Made by a program: the position numbers and the translations under genes. Of a DNA stretch of 64,000 nucleotides, positions 11,677 to 23,379 are shown piece by piece. How positions within the stretch are numbered: position 1 is the first letter of the stretch; each line of letters starts with the position of its first letter. The notes under the pieces were generated by a model. It had not been told where the DNA came from. It made no database searches and was given only the letters and a program-made list of their open reading frames with translations. The DNA is from Octopus sinensis (Eukaryota): assembly GCF_006345805.1 (NCBI RefSeq), contig NC_043005.1:88040001-88104000 (forward strand), read 5' to 3'.

Positions 11677-11928
11677 TGCGCACGTGTGTGCGTGTGTGTG
11701 TGTCCTGATCATATAATTGTATGTTTTGCAGATAACCGGACGTGTGATCCACCAATTTATCTTATTATATCATGTGTCTCTCTTGCCGCGGACCATATTT
11801 CACATATTCTACATATTTAGGTGAATTATAGGGTCTTTGGCCATATCACACTTTTGCTTCTGTCTTGTCTGTCTGTTTGCAGACATAGATTCACCTTTAC
11901 ATGTTGCTTGGGATCTAATATCCTATTT

Positions 11929-12126
11929 GTGCGGCCATGCTGGTGCACCGTCTGGAAGAGGTTTTAGTTGAATGAATCGACCCTAGTACTCATTCTTTTT
12001 TTTAAGCCTGGTATTTATTTTATCGACTCTTTTGCCGAACTGCTAGTTTACGGATTCATAAACACACCAGCACCGGTTGTCAAGCAGTGGTGGACAATCA
12101 CTGACACGAAGATGCGCACACAACAC

Positions 12127-12219
<93 letters not shown>

Positions 12220-12385
12220 AATGACGGGCTTCTTTCAGTTTCCGTCGACCATTTCCATTCACAATGATTTGGTCGGCCAGAGGCTACAGCAGAAGATGCT
12301 TGCCCAAATTGCTATGCTGTAGGATTGAAGGTGAAACTTCGTAGTTGGGAAGCAAGCTTCCTGCCACATCGCAACGCCTGCGCTT
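11929..12385 (-). mobile_element. SINE family B
   Basis: Family motifs in reverse complement, internal (TA)n. Confidence 0.8.
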
Positions 12386-12399
12386 ATATGATGTTTATC

Positions 12400-13380
12400 T
12401 TAATACAGTGTTTATGTTTTGTAAAGTTATTGAAGTTGCAGTGATTTCTCTGTGAGCGTCTTACGTCTGTTCGGTCTGAGCTGCTACTGTAGTCGTTCTC
12501 GGGGTTGTTGTATAATTGGCTGATACTTTGAGCTGATTTTAAGAGTTGAATATTCACCGGCAACTATTTGTAACCATCGCATATCCAAATGGTTTTTCAC
12601 ACCCGGTATTGTTCTTTCGTTATGTAAATAGTCTGTGAATGTAGCGATTCTATAAGCTGATGTGATTTGTAATACGCTTTTTCATTTACTTCATAATTTA
12701 TTGCAGTTTGTTGTGGATATAATGGAGGCCAAGAACAGACGCGTTTAGGCCATGATATGTCTAATATAATTTGTACGATACTGTTGCTGTAATTTACTAC
12801 ATGCGGTGCAAATGATTGCTTTAAGTTCGTCTGAGCGTTGTTTTGCTTTCTTTAATGTGTACACAAGGTGAGAAGTGAATATGGTGGTGTTGTTCGTAAC
12901 TCCTGTCTTTTGTGTGTGCATTGTGCTTGTGTTCATGAATAGTGCTTGGTTCCTATTGATGTCCTCAGGTACGGCTGTTAAGAAACGTTTGCTAGTTATA
13001 TCATTGGACGTTGTTACTGTCACTTGGGTAACTGCATAACTGTTATTGTTGTCGTTCTTTTTGTTGGCGCCTGTTAATTACTCTATTGAATGTTTTATTA
13101 TTAATTTCATGTTTTTTGACGAATACAATTGGCCAGTTTTTCTATTTTTGTTTCACTTAATTCTTTGTTTTGTTGCCTGATGTTCAGTTCGATTTCAACT
13201 ATTTTTATGTTGTATCGTATTTTAAGAGCTCTTCTTTCCCTGGCTTGTAATTTGGTTCGTATTTTTATATTTCTATGTGTTTATGTTTTTAAGTTTTTTC
13301 AGTTTATTTTTTAGATGTGTCTCTAAATATTTTGCTGACTGTATATAATGAAGTGTCTATCTGAAAAATTATGACGACGG
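12400..13380 (-). pseudogene. degraded A-rich ORF, probably PLE N-terminal region
   Basis: Lies directly downstream of an HHR-bearing end; fragment HRNIKIRTKLQARERRALKIRYNIKIVEIELNIRQQNKELSE looks coiled-coil; no catalytic motif seen. Confidence 0.35.
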
Positions 13381-13462
13381 TCAGGTCTGAAGAAACTTGA
13401 TTCTCTATATTATTTACATTATTTACATTTGACAGATATTTATCCTCATCTTGTTTATTTTT

Positions 13463-13508
13463 ACCACAATGTTTCGGCTGATTTATTCTCCAGCCTTCAT
13501 CAGGTGTT
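13463..13508 (-). ncRNA. type I hammerhead motif, slightly decayed
   Basis: AACAC-CUGAUGA-A-GGCUG/CAGCC-GAAA-CAUU-GUGGU; ACAU is a likely CpG decay of palindromic ACGU. Confidence 0.7.
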
Positions 13509-13572
13509 CTGGTAGAATTCTGAACCCAACACTGGGTTCTCATTCCGAAGGTATTTTTTGATATTATTATTA

Positions 13573-13610
<38 letters not shown>

Positions 13611-13640
13611 GTTGTTGTTGTTGTTGTTGTTGTTATAATT

Positions 13641-13780
13641 ATTTATTCAATGTACTGCCTCGAATTGAACTCGCAATCTTGGGGTTAAGAGCCCACGGGC
13701 ATATAGCGCAATGGTTAAGAGCGTAGGCTACTAACCCCAAGACTGCGAGTTTAATTCCAGGCAGTACCTTAAATAAATAA
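13641..13780. mobile_element. head-to-head inverted pair of tRNA-like heads
   Basis: 13641-13694 is the reverse complement of 13723-13776 (CTAACCCCAAGA.TGCGAGTT.AATTC.AGGCAGTAC); plus copy has an A-box-like TAGCGCAATGG. Confidence 0.75.
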
Positions 13781-13799
13781 ATAATAATAATAATAATAC

Positions 13800-14003
13800 A
13801 GTTACAACAGAAACAGGAAGAAAGAGTGAGAGAAAGTTGTGGTGAAAGAGTACAGCAGGGTTCGCCACCACCCACTATCGGGGCCTCGTGGGACTTTATG
13901 TGTTTTCGCTCAATAAACACTCACAACGCCCAGTCTGGGAATCGAAACCGCGATCCTATGACCGGGAGTCCGCTGCCCTAAGCACTGGGCCTTTGCGCCT
14001 CCG
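13800..14003 (-). mobile_element. SINE family C without a long tail
   Basis: Same head and core as 7415-7606. Confidence 0.85.
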
Positions 14004-14091
14004 CTATATATATATGTGTGTGTGTTGTGTGTGTGCGTGTGTTTGTTATGTACGTATATATATATATATATATTATATATATATATATATA

Positions 14092-14130
<39 letters not shown>

Positions 14131-14824
14131 GATAGTGTATGTATGTATGTATGTATGCGTATGTATATATATATATGTGTGTGTGTATATATAATATACA
14201 TATATATACATATATATATAGGTATATATATGTATACATATACAGATGTATATATATATATATACACACACATATATACATATATGCGCGCGTATGTGTG
14301 TATCATAACCCTGTTGTAAAATAAACTGTCCAGTCTGATTTGAGTTTAATTTAAAATGGTAAATGTCTCGTGTTCAGTTCGTACGAATGTTTTCCGAATA
14401 ATGAATATCGAAAGTGACGATAAAATCTTTTATTTCCCTAAAAGTATTTTTTAATTCCATTAATGTTGTGTTGTTTATTTTTGTGTAAATAATGTTTATT
14501 TTTAGATGTATTTTAAGCGTGGAGTTGTTACGTTGTGAGGAAGATAAAAATAGTACTTCCTGTTTGAATGTTTGTTGTTGCTATCAATTTTATTGTTATT
14601 TTTCCAATAAATCATTATTTTTCTCAACTGTTTGCAAATATTATTTGGTCATTGGCTGATGTATTTCTGAAGGTTTTGAAAACTCTCTAAAACAATTTTA
14701 TTTAGTTTAGCGACAAACGTCGTTTTCTGACGGCGGCGCTTGCAGTGAGTGTAAGAAATACTTCTGCGTGTCGAATAAATATATATTCAACCAACCTCCA
14801 AACTGTGATTATCATTTTCTACTC

Positions 14825-15240
14825 TAGGAACAAGGCCCTAAGTTGGGGATAGGGGGCCAGTCGATTAGAACGACCTCAGTACGCAGCTGGTACTTAATTT
14901 ATGGACCCCAAAAGGATGAAAGCCAAAGTCGACCTCGGCGGAATTTGAACTCAGAACGTAAAGACAAATAAAATACCCATTTCTTTACTACCCTCAAGGG
15001 GCTAAACACAGAAGGGACAAACAAGCACAGACAAACGGATTAAGTCGATTATATCGACCCCATTGCATAACTGGTACTTATTTAATCGACCCCGAAAGGA
15101 TGAAAGGCAAAGTCAACCTCGGCGGAATTTGAGCTCAGAATGTAGCGGCAGACGAAATACTTATTTCTTTACTACCCAAAAGGGGCTAAACATAGAGTGG
15201 ACAAACAAGGACAGACAAAGGGATTAAGTCGATTACATGT
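14825..15240 (-). mobile_element. tandem multimer of SINE family A (three partial units)
   Basis: About 180-bp periodicity; junction GAAATAC|yyATTTCTTTACTACCC occurs twice. Confidence 0.85.
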
Positions 15241-15250
15241 GTAGGAGCGC

Positions 15251-15491
15251 CCTCTACACATATCGTTGGATGAATGCATTTTAGAGAAGTTATCTCTTCT
15301 TCATCATCGATCTCTGGACAGTGAGGCGTGATCCGAGCTGCCGATCAGCGAAACCAGCCACAGTACTTTGACTAGAATTTAATAAATCCTGATCACTCGT
15401 TGTCAGTTCGCAACGTCTCTCTTTCAAGTGTTCGGTGCTGAGGAGGAAATAACTACACCGAAATCCATGCATCCATCGATGCGTGTAGAGG
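15251..15491. mobile_element. fold-back element with hammerhead-like motif (15432-15479, +)
   Basis: 31-bp inverted arms 15251-15281 and 15461-15491; UCGGUG-CUGAGGA-GG..CC-GAAA-UCCAUGCAU-C-CAUCGA. Confidence 0.55.
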
Positions 15492-16254
15492 ACATTCTGG
15501 ACTGACTTGGTGTGTTTGTCTACAACGAGTATTTTAATCATTCTCAAAATACGGTGAATGGCTTTTTTGCATGTTGGAATATGCCTCAAACATATTTAAA
15601 GTGGAAACAAGTTTATACATGCACACATCACTGCTTAACGTTTCTAACTCGTATAAACAACGACTATAAAACATCAGCTCTGTTGAAGTAAAATTATTAT
15701 CAAAGGCGCTCCAGAAGCGGCCATTCTTCTTTCCTGTATATTGTTGTCAATCATTAGATATGCAATGTATAGCTAAAGTTATACAATAATTTAAAATATC
15801 CACTACCGCCTTGCTGTTTTGGGCAGAAGAGTGTCATTTTAAGGAATATTTAGCTGCTATTACTAACGAGTCGAGTAAACTCAAGAGACATCCTCACTGG
15901 TTGTTGACGTTGTTGTTGCTGTTGTTCTTTTTTATGTATCCTACAATCAGCCCAGATTTAGGATCACAGACTAGTCGGAGTGCTCCAACTACGATCAATT
16001 CATTTTGTTTTAAGTGAAAGAAATTTAGTTATTGTTTCTAGCAAATAGAGCGACCATATAGTGGTTTGTTCTCTGATTTATCAAATGGATGGATACGATG
16101 TGGTAATCTGGTCTTATTGTATTAATCCTTCATTATGCAGTTTGTTTTCTATGTTTGCAGATCAACTAAATCTGGGTTAATCTGTGTCAACGAAAATTTC
16201 ACCGATCTGAGACAACCTTTAAAGTATTACAACATATAAAATATCAGTCATTCC

Positions 16255-18400
16255 TTCTTAGTCTTCTTCTTCTTCTTCTTCTTCTACTTCTTCTTTCTTC
16301 GTTCTTCTTTCTTCTTCTTCTTCTCTTCTCTTCTTCTTCTTCTTCTTCTTTTTCTTTCTTCTTCTTCTCTTCTTCTTCTTCTTTACTTTCTTCTTCCTTC
16401 TTCTTCTTTCTTCTTCTTCTTTCTTGTCTTCTTCTTCTTCTTATCTTCTTTCTTTCTTCTTGCTTCTTCTTCTCTTCTTCTTTTTTTTCCTTTTCTTTTT
16501 CTTTCTTTTTTCTTTTCTATTATTCTCTTCTTCTTCTTATTCTTTTCTTTTCATTTCTTCTTCTTCTGCTTCTTCTTTTCTTCCTTTCTCTTCTTCTTCT
16601 TGTTTTATTCTTTCTCTTCTTTTTTCTTCTTCTCATTCTTCTTCTACTTTTTCTTCGTACACTCTTCCTATCTCTTCTTTTCTTCTTCTCTCTCATCTAC
16701 TCTTCTTTACTTCTTCTTTCTTCTTCTTCTTCTTCTTCATTATCCTATATTCTTCTTCTTCTTCTTCTTCTTCTTCTTATATTATATTATTATTATTATT
16801 ATTCATTAATTATTATTATTATTATTACTCCTCCTTTTATTCTTCTCCTTCCTTTTTTTCTCTCTTCTTCTTCTTCTCTTCTTTATTATTCTCTCTCTCT
16901 CTTCTTCCATTTCTCTTCTTCTTCTTCTTCTTTCTTCTTCTCTTCTTTTCTTCTTCATCTCCTCTTCTTCTTCTTCTTTTTCTTCTTCTCGTTCGTCATC
17001 GTCGCTGTCTTCTTTTGTTCCTCCTCTCCCTCCTTCCTTTTTTTCTCCTTTTTCTCTCCCTCTCCGTCTTTTCTTTTTCGTCTTTTCTTCCTCTTTTCGT
17101 TTCTTCTTCTCCTCCTCCTTCTTTTTACTTCTTCGTCATCGTCGTCTTGCCTCCTCTTCCTCCTTTTTCTTCTTCGTCGTCTTCTTTTTTCCTCCTCTTC
17201 CTCCTTCTTTTTCTTCTTCCCACTCCTCCTTCTTTCTCTTCTCCTCCTCTCCTTCTCCTTGGAGGGAGACGTTCTGCTTTGTTTTTCACTGTTTTTGCTC
17301 CTCTCATTGGTGATGAGGTTATAGCTGCTATTTAATTAATTAATTTATTTATTTATTTATTTATTTATTTATCTAACTCGTTTATTTCCTCGTGAGGTTT
17401 ACCCCCCCTTTCGGTATGAATAATTTTACAAAGTATTCGAATGAAAACAAAGCAAATTTGATGTTTGCAGAGGAATCGAGAAGGAAATCACGTAACGCGG
17501 TGTCATATGACATATCAATCCTTGCTATGAGAGAAAAAGGAACGGATCGGGTGAGACGGAGAGAGAGAGACAGATACAGAGACAGACAGAGACAGAGAGG
17601 GGGGAATATTTACGGACAGATTGATAGATTGTTATATGGAAACAATGGGGAGAGAGAGGGAGATTATGTAAGACATTGGAAGAAGGCGTGAAAGAAACCT
17701 GAAGAGAAAAGATGAAAGTCGGATTGAGAGAGTAAGAAATATAGAGATATTTCGAGGAATAAAAAGAAGACATGGTTGGTATATGGAAAAGGACAGAGAG
17801 TTCTAGGTGAGGAGAAAAGGGAGAGAGAGAAGGAAAGAAATTTAGGTAATAAGAAAATGGGAGATTTCGTGAAGGAAGAAGAGAGAGAGGGGGAGAGAGA
17901 AAGAAAAAGAGAAGGAGAAAGATAGGGAGATAAACAGAAACAGTAAGATGGATGAAGAAAGATAAAGAGAGGAAGACTTTGAGATTGAGAACGAATGAGA
18001 GAAATAATGGAACAAACGCAAAGAGATGGAGAGAGAGAGGAGGAAGAGAGAGAATGTGTGTGGTGTGTGTGTGTGTGTTGTGTGTGTGTACGTGTGTGTG
18101 TGTGTATGTGTGTGTGTGTATGTGTGTGTGTGTGTGTTTGGCTGGAAGACAAGAAAAGGATGGGTGGCGAAAGAAAGAGAAAAATAGAAAGGAAGAAAGA
18201 AAGGAAAGAAAAGAATGTTTAAGAAGGAATATTTCGTGAAGGAGGAGAGGAATTTTGGCTGAAGGAAAAGAGATAGAGAGAGATAGAGAGAGAGAGGAGA
18301 AAGAAAATAGAAAGTAAGGAACAGGAAGAGGGAGAGGGAGAGAGGAGAAAGAAAATAGAAAGTAAGGAAGAGGAAGAGGGAGAGGGGGTGAGTGATTGTT
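16255..18400. repeat. long degenerate (TTC/TC) tract followed by a (GA)-rich tract
   Basis: Pyrimidine-rich 16255-17300, purine-rich 17530-18400; the 303-aa and 292-aa ORFs are artefacts. Confidence 0.9.
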
Positions 18401-18887
18401 CATTTATCTTTGAGCAGATAACAATCTAGACGATAGGGAGGCGGTGGGGTCGGGAGAGGGCCATTGTTGCCATTAGAGATTTATAAATAGATTTGTCGAA
18501 CCAACCACGACCACCACTACCACTGCTAGTAACAAGAAATGGAAAGAGAGAAGGGAAGGGATGAATGGGACTGGGGGTAACGTTGATCCCCTGATTTAAG
18601 ATGTTTGGTTTTTAAAAGTCTCTGTCGTGTTAAGCTACAAAGTCAGCAAATGGAAGTGTGTCGAATGGGGGGGGCAAGGAGGGGGAGTCGCATGTAGTGG
18701 CGTGGTTCAAGAGCTGTAGTGTGAGGAGGCGCTGAAAAGATGGAAGTTCAATCATTAATCATGATATCATTGATTGATTGAATGTCTAAGAGGATTTACT
18801 GAGTTAATCGGGCTTTTAATTCAGTCTTTGGAAAGAAATTTGCAATTTCCAGTCAGTTTGGTAATCCGGAGCTTGTTTACATTTATT

Positions 18888-18935
<48 letters not shown>

Positions 18936-19044
18936 GTCGTCGTCGTCGTAGTCGTCGTCGCCACCATCATCATCACCAACATTATTTGTCTATGCGTAGC
19001 AAGAAAAAATATTATTATCATTATAATAATAATAATTATTATTA

Positions 19045-19109
<65 letters not shown>

Positions 19110-19165
19110 GTTATTGTTATTATTATTATTATTATCATTATTGCTATTATTATTATTATTATTAC

Positions 19166-19208
<43 letters not shown>

Positions 19209-19210
19209 GC

Positions 19211-19265
<55 letters not shown>

Positions 19266-19269
19266 GCTA

Positions 19270-19500
19270 TTAGTATTATGCCACTAAGGGACATGCTCAA
19301 CTGGTTAAGGTCAAACAACTGACAAGCAAATCTGTGGTATGGAGCAGAATATTTGCTGTAGCCCATCCGTTTTGTCCACTTATCACTTTCTGATGTGTTG
19401 TCTACTCTGTATTTTATGTAGTTTGTTCTTAGTGCTTGCTTTTGGGCTGCACAGATTAGAGCCTCCGTTTCTAGTTTTAAATCACTTTTAGTCATCCACA
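19270..19500 (-). mobile_element. R4/Dong LINE fragment fused to a non-autonomous repeat
   Basis: MTKSDLKLETEALICAAQKQALRTNYIKYRVDNTSESDK joined to ATGGGCTACAGCAAATATTCTGCTC..; embedded in (AAT)n. Confidence 0.7.
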
Positions 19501-19512
19501 GCCATTTATTAC

Positions 19513-19550
<38 letters not shown>

Positions 19551-19604
19551 TATTATTATCATCATCATCGTCGTCGTCGTCGTCATCATCATCAATATTA
19601 TTAA

Positions 19605-19808
19605 GGCGGTAAACTGGAAGAATTGTTAGCATGCCGGAAGAAATGCTTAGTAGCATTTCTTCCGCCTTTACCTTCTGAGTCCGAAGTCGACTTTCCCTTT
19701 CATCATTTCGGGGATCGATAAAATGAGTACCAGCTGACTCAGCTGGGGTCGAAGTAATCGATTGATACCTTACACTAAATTCCTGAACTTGTACCAAAAA
19801 TTTGAAAC

Positions 19809-19810
<2 letters not shown>
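19605..19810 (+). mobile_element. SINE family A
   Basis: Family head, core and tail ending AATTTGAAACC. Confidence 0.8.
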
Positions 19811-19842
<32 letters not shown>

Positions 19843-19969
19843 TATTATTATTATTATTATTATGATTATTATTATTATTATTTTTGTTATTATTATTATT
19901 AATATTATTATGATTATTATTATTATTTTATTATTATTATTATTATCATCATCATTATTATTATTATTG

Positions 19970-20425
19970 AGTGAGAGAGCAGTGCATGCTATCAAAGTGA
20001 CACTGGGGTAAAATATACGAAGCCAAATATACCCACTATGACCACCCGTCTGATAAGGGTACACCAGGCACATGCATCACAACCATATGTGAGTGACATG
20101 GTGATCTCATATCAAGATAAACAGCACATGACCTTGCAGGTGAGGCCCAGTTAGAATTTTCATCTGGTCGAGTAACCCATCCCGTTCAAAAGGTCCCTGA
20201 ATAAGGGTTGTTTAAGGGTGTTGAACGAAACACCCATGTTTCCAGGGGTGAATTATTCAAACCCAAAAGAATCCCTCTCAACACATGGCTATGATGCTCC
20301 CCCACTACTTCTGCTCGTGATCAGGGATGCACATATCGTCAGCCACTAAGAGACATGCTCAACTGGTTAAGGCCAAACAACTGACAAGCAAATCTGTGGT
20401 ATTGAGCAGAATATTTGCTGTAGCC

Positions 20426-20428
<3 letters not shown>
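19970..20428 (-). mobile_element. non-autonomous (AAT)n-flanked interspersed repeat
   Basis: Parts recur at 19280-19370 and, internally deleted, at 30972-31235; no ORF. Confidence 0.75.
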
Positions 20429-20469
<41 letters not shown>

Positions 20470-20471
<2 letters not shown>

Positions 20472-21165
20472 GCCTTTGCACAGCTTCTAACGCTGGAGAT
20501 GTACTACAGTGTCAGCTGTTCACTACCAGTGAACTAAGGTAACACCTCTTAATTTTCGAGCACCTTCCGGGGTATTCCGGCGGGTCCAAGCAGTGCTGTT
20601 TTCTGCAAGTGCTCCACCTTTATTGCAGCCCCTATTTCTTCCATGTACTATTCGAAATTTTTGCTCACTGTTCCCAGGGCTCCGATAATTATTGGTACTA
20701 CTGCTACCTTTTCATCGACCACAACTGCTTAGCCTCCCAAGCTAACCTGTCACATCTCTCGACTTTTCCTTCTTCCTTATCAAATACCTTGTTGTCAGGT
20801 GGGAATGCTATATCTATGATCCAGCATGGCTTGTTTTCTTTCTCAATTAAGACTATATCTGGCTTCCTATTCTCTGTCTCATGGTCGGACTGAATCATAA
20901 AATCCCATAGGATCTTTGCATTTCTATTTTCGACGATGTCTTCAAGTTTGTGGTCGCACCAATTTTTTGCTCTGTCAAGTCCATACTTGTTGCAAAGTGT
21001 CCAATGGAAAAACCTGGCTATATTGTCGTAGCGTTGCTTATATTCCTTCTGGGCTAGTGGCGTACATTGCCAGGTAATATGCCATATGGTTTCACCGTTT
21101 TGCCCACAGATTCTGTATTTATCACTTTCTGGTGTGTTGTCTATTCTGTATTTTATGTAGTTTGT
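20470..21165 (-). mobile_element. R4/Dong-type LINE 3' fragment (zinc knuckle + RLE + 3' UTR)
   Basis: RICGQNGETIWHITWQC, KILWDF..RKPDIVLIEKENKPCWIIDIAFPPD; tail runs into (AAT)n. Confidence 0.9.
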
Positions 21166-21169
21166 TCTT

Positions 21170-21239
21170 CTACTATAGCCTCGGGCCGACCAAAGCCTTG
21201 TGAGTGAATTTGGTAGACGGAAACTGAAAGAAGCCCCTC

Positions 21240-21286
<47 letters not shown>

Positions 21287-21294
21287 CATATATA

Positions 21295-21330
<36 letters not shown>

Positions 21331-21692
21331 TATATTTGTGTGTCTTCGCTTGTCCCCCAACATCGGTTGACAACCGATGCTGGTGTGTACCCGTAATATA
21401 GTGGTTCGGCAAAAGAGCCCGATAGAATAAGTCCTAGGCTTACAAAGAATAAGTCCTGGGGTCTATCTGTTCGACTAAAGGCGGTGCTCCAGCATGGCCG
21501 CAGCCAAATGACTGAAACGAATAAAATAAATATATACACCGGACTTCTTTCAGTTTCCATCGGATAAATTCACCCACAAGGTTTTGGTTGGTCCAGGTCT
21601 GTAATAGAAAACACTTATCTAAGGTGCTACGCAGTAGGACTGAACCCAGAGCAGTATGGTTGGGAAGTAAACTTCTTACCACACAGCCATAT
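21170..21692. mobile_element. two SINE family B copies in inverted orientation (21170-21530 +, 21535-21692 -)
   Basis: Family motifs; first is 5'-truncated and abuts the LINE fragment. Confidence 0.8.
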
Positions 21693-22224
21693 ACATATGC
21701 ATATATAAAAACAGACAATTCTTCAGTGTAAATTCTTCAAAGTGGGTATATGAGCGAATACGTACACGTGGTTGTGTATATGCGTATGTGTGTCAATGTT
21801 TGTACGTGTGTGTACGTAAGGATGGATGGGTGGATAGATGGATGGATGGATGGATGAATGGATGGATTAATGGATGGATGGTGGGGTGGATGTGAGTGAA
21901 GAACCATTTAACATTTAAATTTTGCATGGATTTTCCAGTGGTTATCCCTACTGATTAAGCTTCCATTACGGGAACATCTTTTCTCTAAGCTTGAATTGTA
22001 CTTCCAAGAAGAAAGGGGGGAGAAAGAAGAGGAAGAAGAAAGTGAAGAGAAAGTGAGTGTTGCCGACGAAGAAGAAGAAGAAGAAGAAGTGGAGGAGGAG
22101 GAGGAGGCGGAGGAGGAGGATAAATGACGACGACGACGACGACGATGAGCATCATTATAATCTGCATTGTTAGGGAATAAAAAGAAAAGGAAATAGAATT
22201 AAGATGAAGTAATATTGGGTCGAA

Positions 22225-22910
22225 ATGCGGGGGCACAAGGCCAGCAAATTGGGGGAGGGTGAAGCCGATTATTTTGACCGCCCCCATCCCCTACTGTTAA
22301 AATGGTACGTACTTTGTCGATCCTGGAAGGATGAAAGTTAAAGTTGAGCCTCTGGGCACTTTGACCTCAGAACTTGAAGACGAACGAATTGGCGCCAAGC
22401 ATTTCGTCCGGCGCGGTAACGATTCTGCCAGCTTGCCGTCTTATAACATGAAGAAATATCAGAAACGACTAATATAATAATAGAAAGAATAATTTTTTTA
22501 TTGCCCTCGGGGGTGGGGCTAAATATAGCGGAGACAAACTAGGACAGTCAAAGGGATTAAATTGATTAATCGACCCTCCCAGTGTGTAACTGGTACCTAT
22601 TTAATCGACCCTGAAATGATGAAAGGTAAAGTCGACCTCGGCGGAATTTGAACTCGGAACGTAAAGACGGACGAAATACCTATTTCTTTACTACCCACAA
22701 GGGGCTAAACACAGAAGGGACAAACAAGGACAGATAAATGGATTAAGTCGATTATATCGACCCCAGTGCGTAACTGGTACTTAATTTATCGACCCCGAAA
22801 GGATGAAAGGTAAAGTTGGCCTCGGCGGAATTTAAACTCAGACGTAGCCGCAGACGAAATACCGCTAAGCATTTCGCCCGGTGTGCTAACGTTTCTGCCA
22901 ACTCGCTGCC
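22225..22910 (-). mobile_element. SINE family A cluster (single copy 22225-22440, tandem dimer 22500-22910)
   Basis: Family motifs; dimer junction GAAATACC|TATTTCTTTACTACCC at about 22680. Confidence 0.85.
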
Positions 22911-23139
22911 TTGGAAGAATAAAATATTGCCACGATTATGATGGAGACAGCGATGAGAATAATGATGATGATCATCATCATCATGATAGTGGTCTCTTCT
23001 ATTCTTTCTAATTCTTATCTTTCTTCCTCACTTTCCTATTCCTCCTTCCCTCTGCTTTATATTCTTCCTCTTTTTCCTGTTACTTCTCTGATCGAATTTG
23101 AATAAAACTGTTTTTATTCATATATATATTTACCGCTAA

Positions 23140-23334
23140 ATCCACCGCCATGGTTGACTGCTAAATCCACAAGGATTTTTTTTATTCTCTCTTTGTTTAT
23201 TTCCTTGTGTTCCTTTTTGTTGAAGAGCGTAGGCTCAAAATGTAAAAGATTTTCTTATCTTCCCGAGCGTCAAACTAATACACATGTTTGTTGTTTATAT
23301 ACCTGTCTTCGTCTTTTGTTTTTCTGTAAATTTC

Positions 23335-23340
<6 letters not shown>
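23140..23340 (+). mobile_element. solo PLE-type end of the GAGCGTAGGCTC family, degenerate HHR
   Basis: TTGTTGAAGAGCGTAGGCTCAAAATGTAAAAG..CCTGTCTTCGTCTTTTG then (TA)n. Confidence 0.7.
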
Positions 23341-23376
<36 letters not shown>

Positions 23377-23379
23377 CAA

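Noticed and set aside
16424-18403. 303-aa and 292-aa ORFs
   Set aside because: Translations of TC/GA low-complexity tracts; the same applies to all poly-I/Y/V/T/H ORFs in the track.
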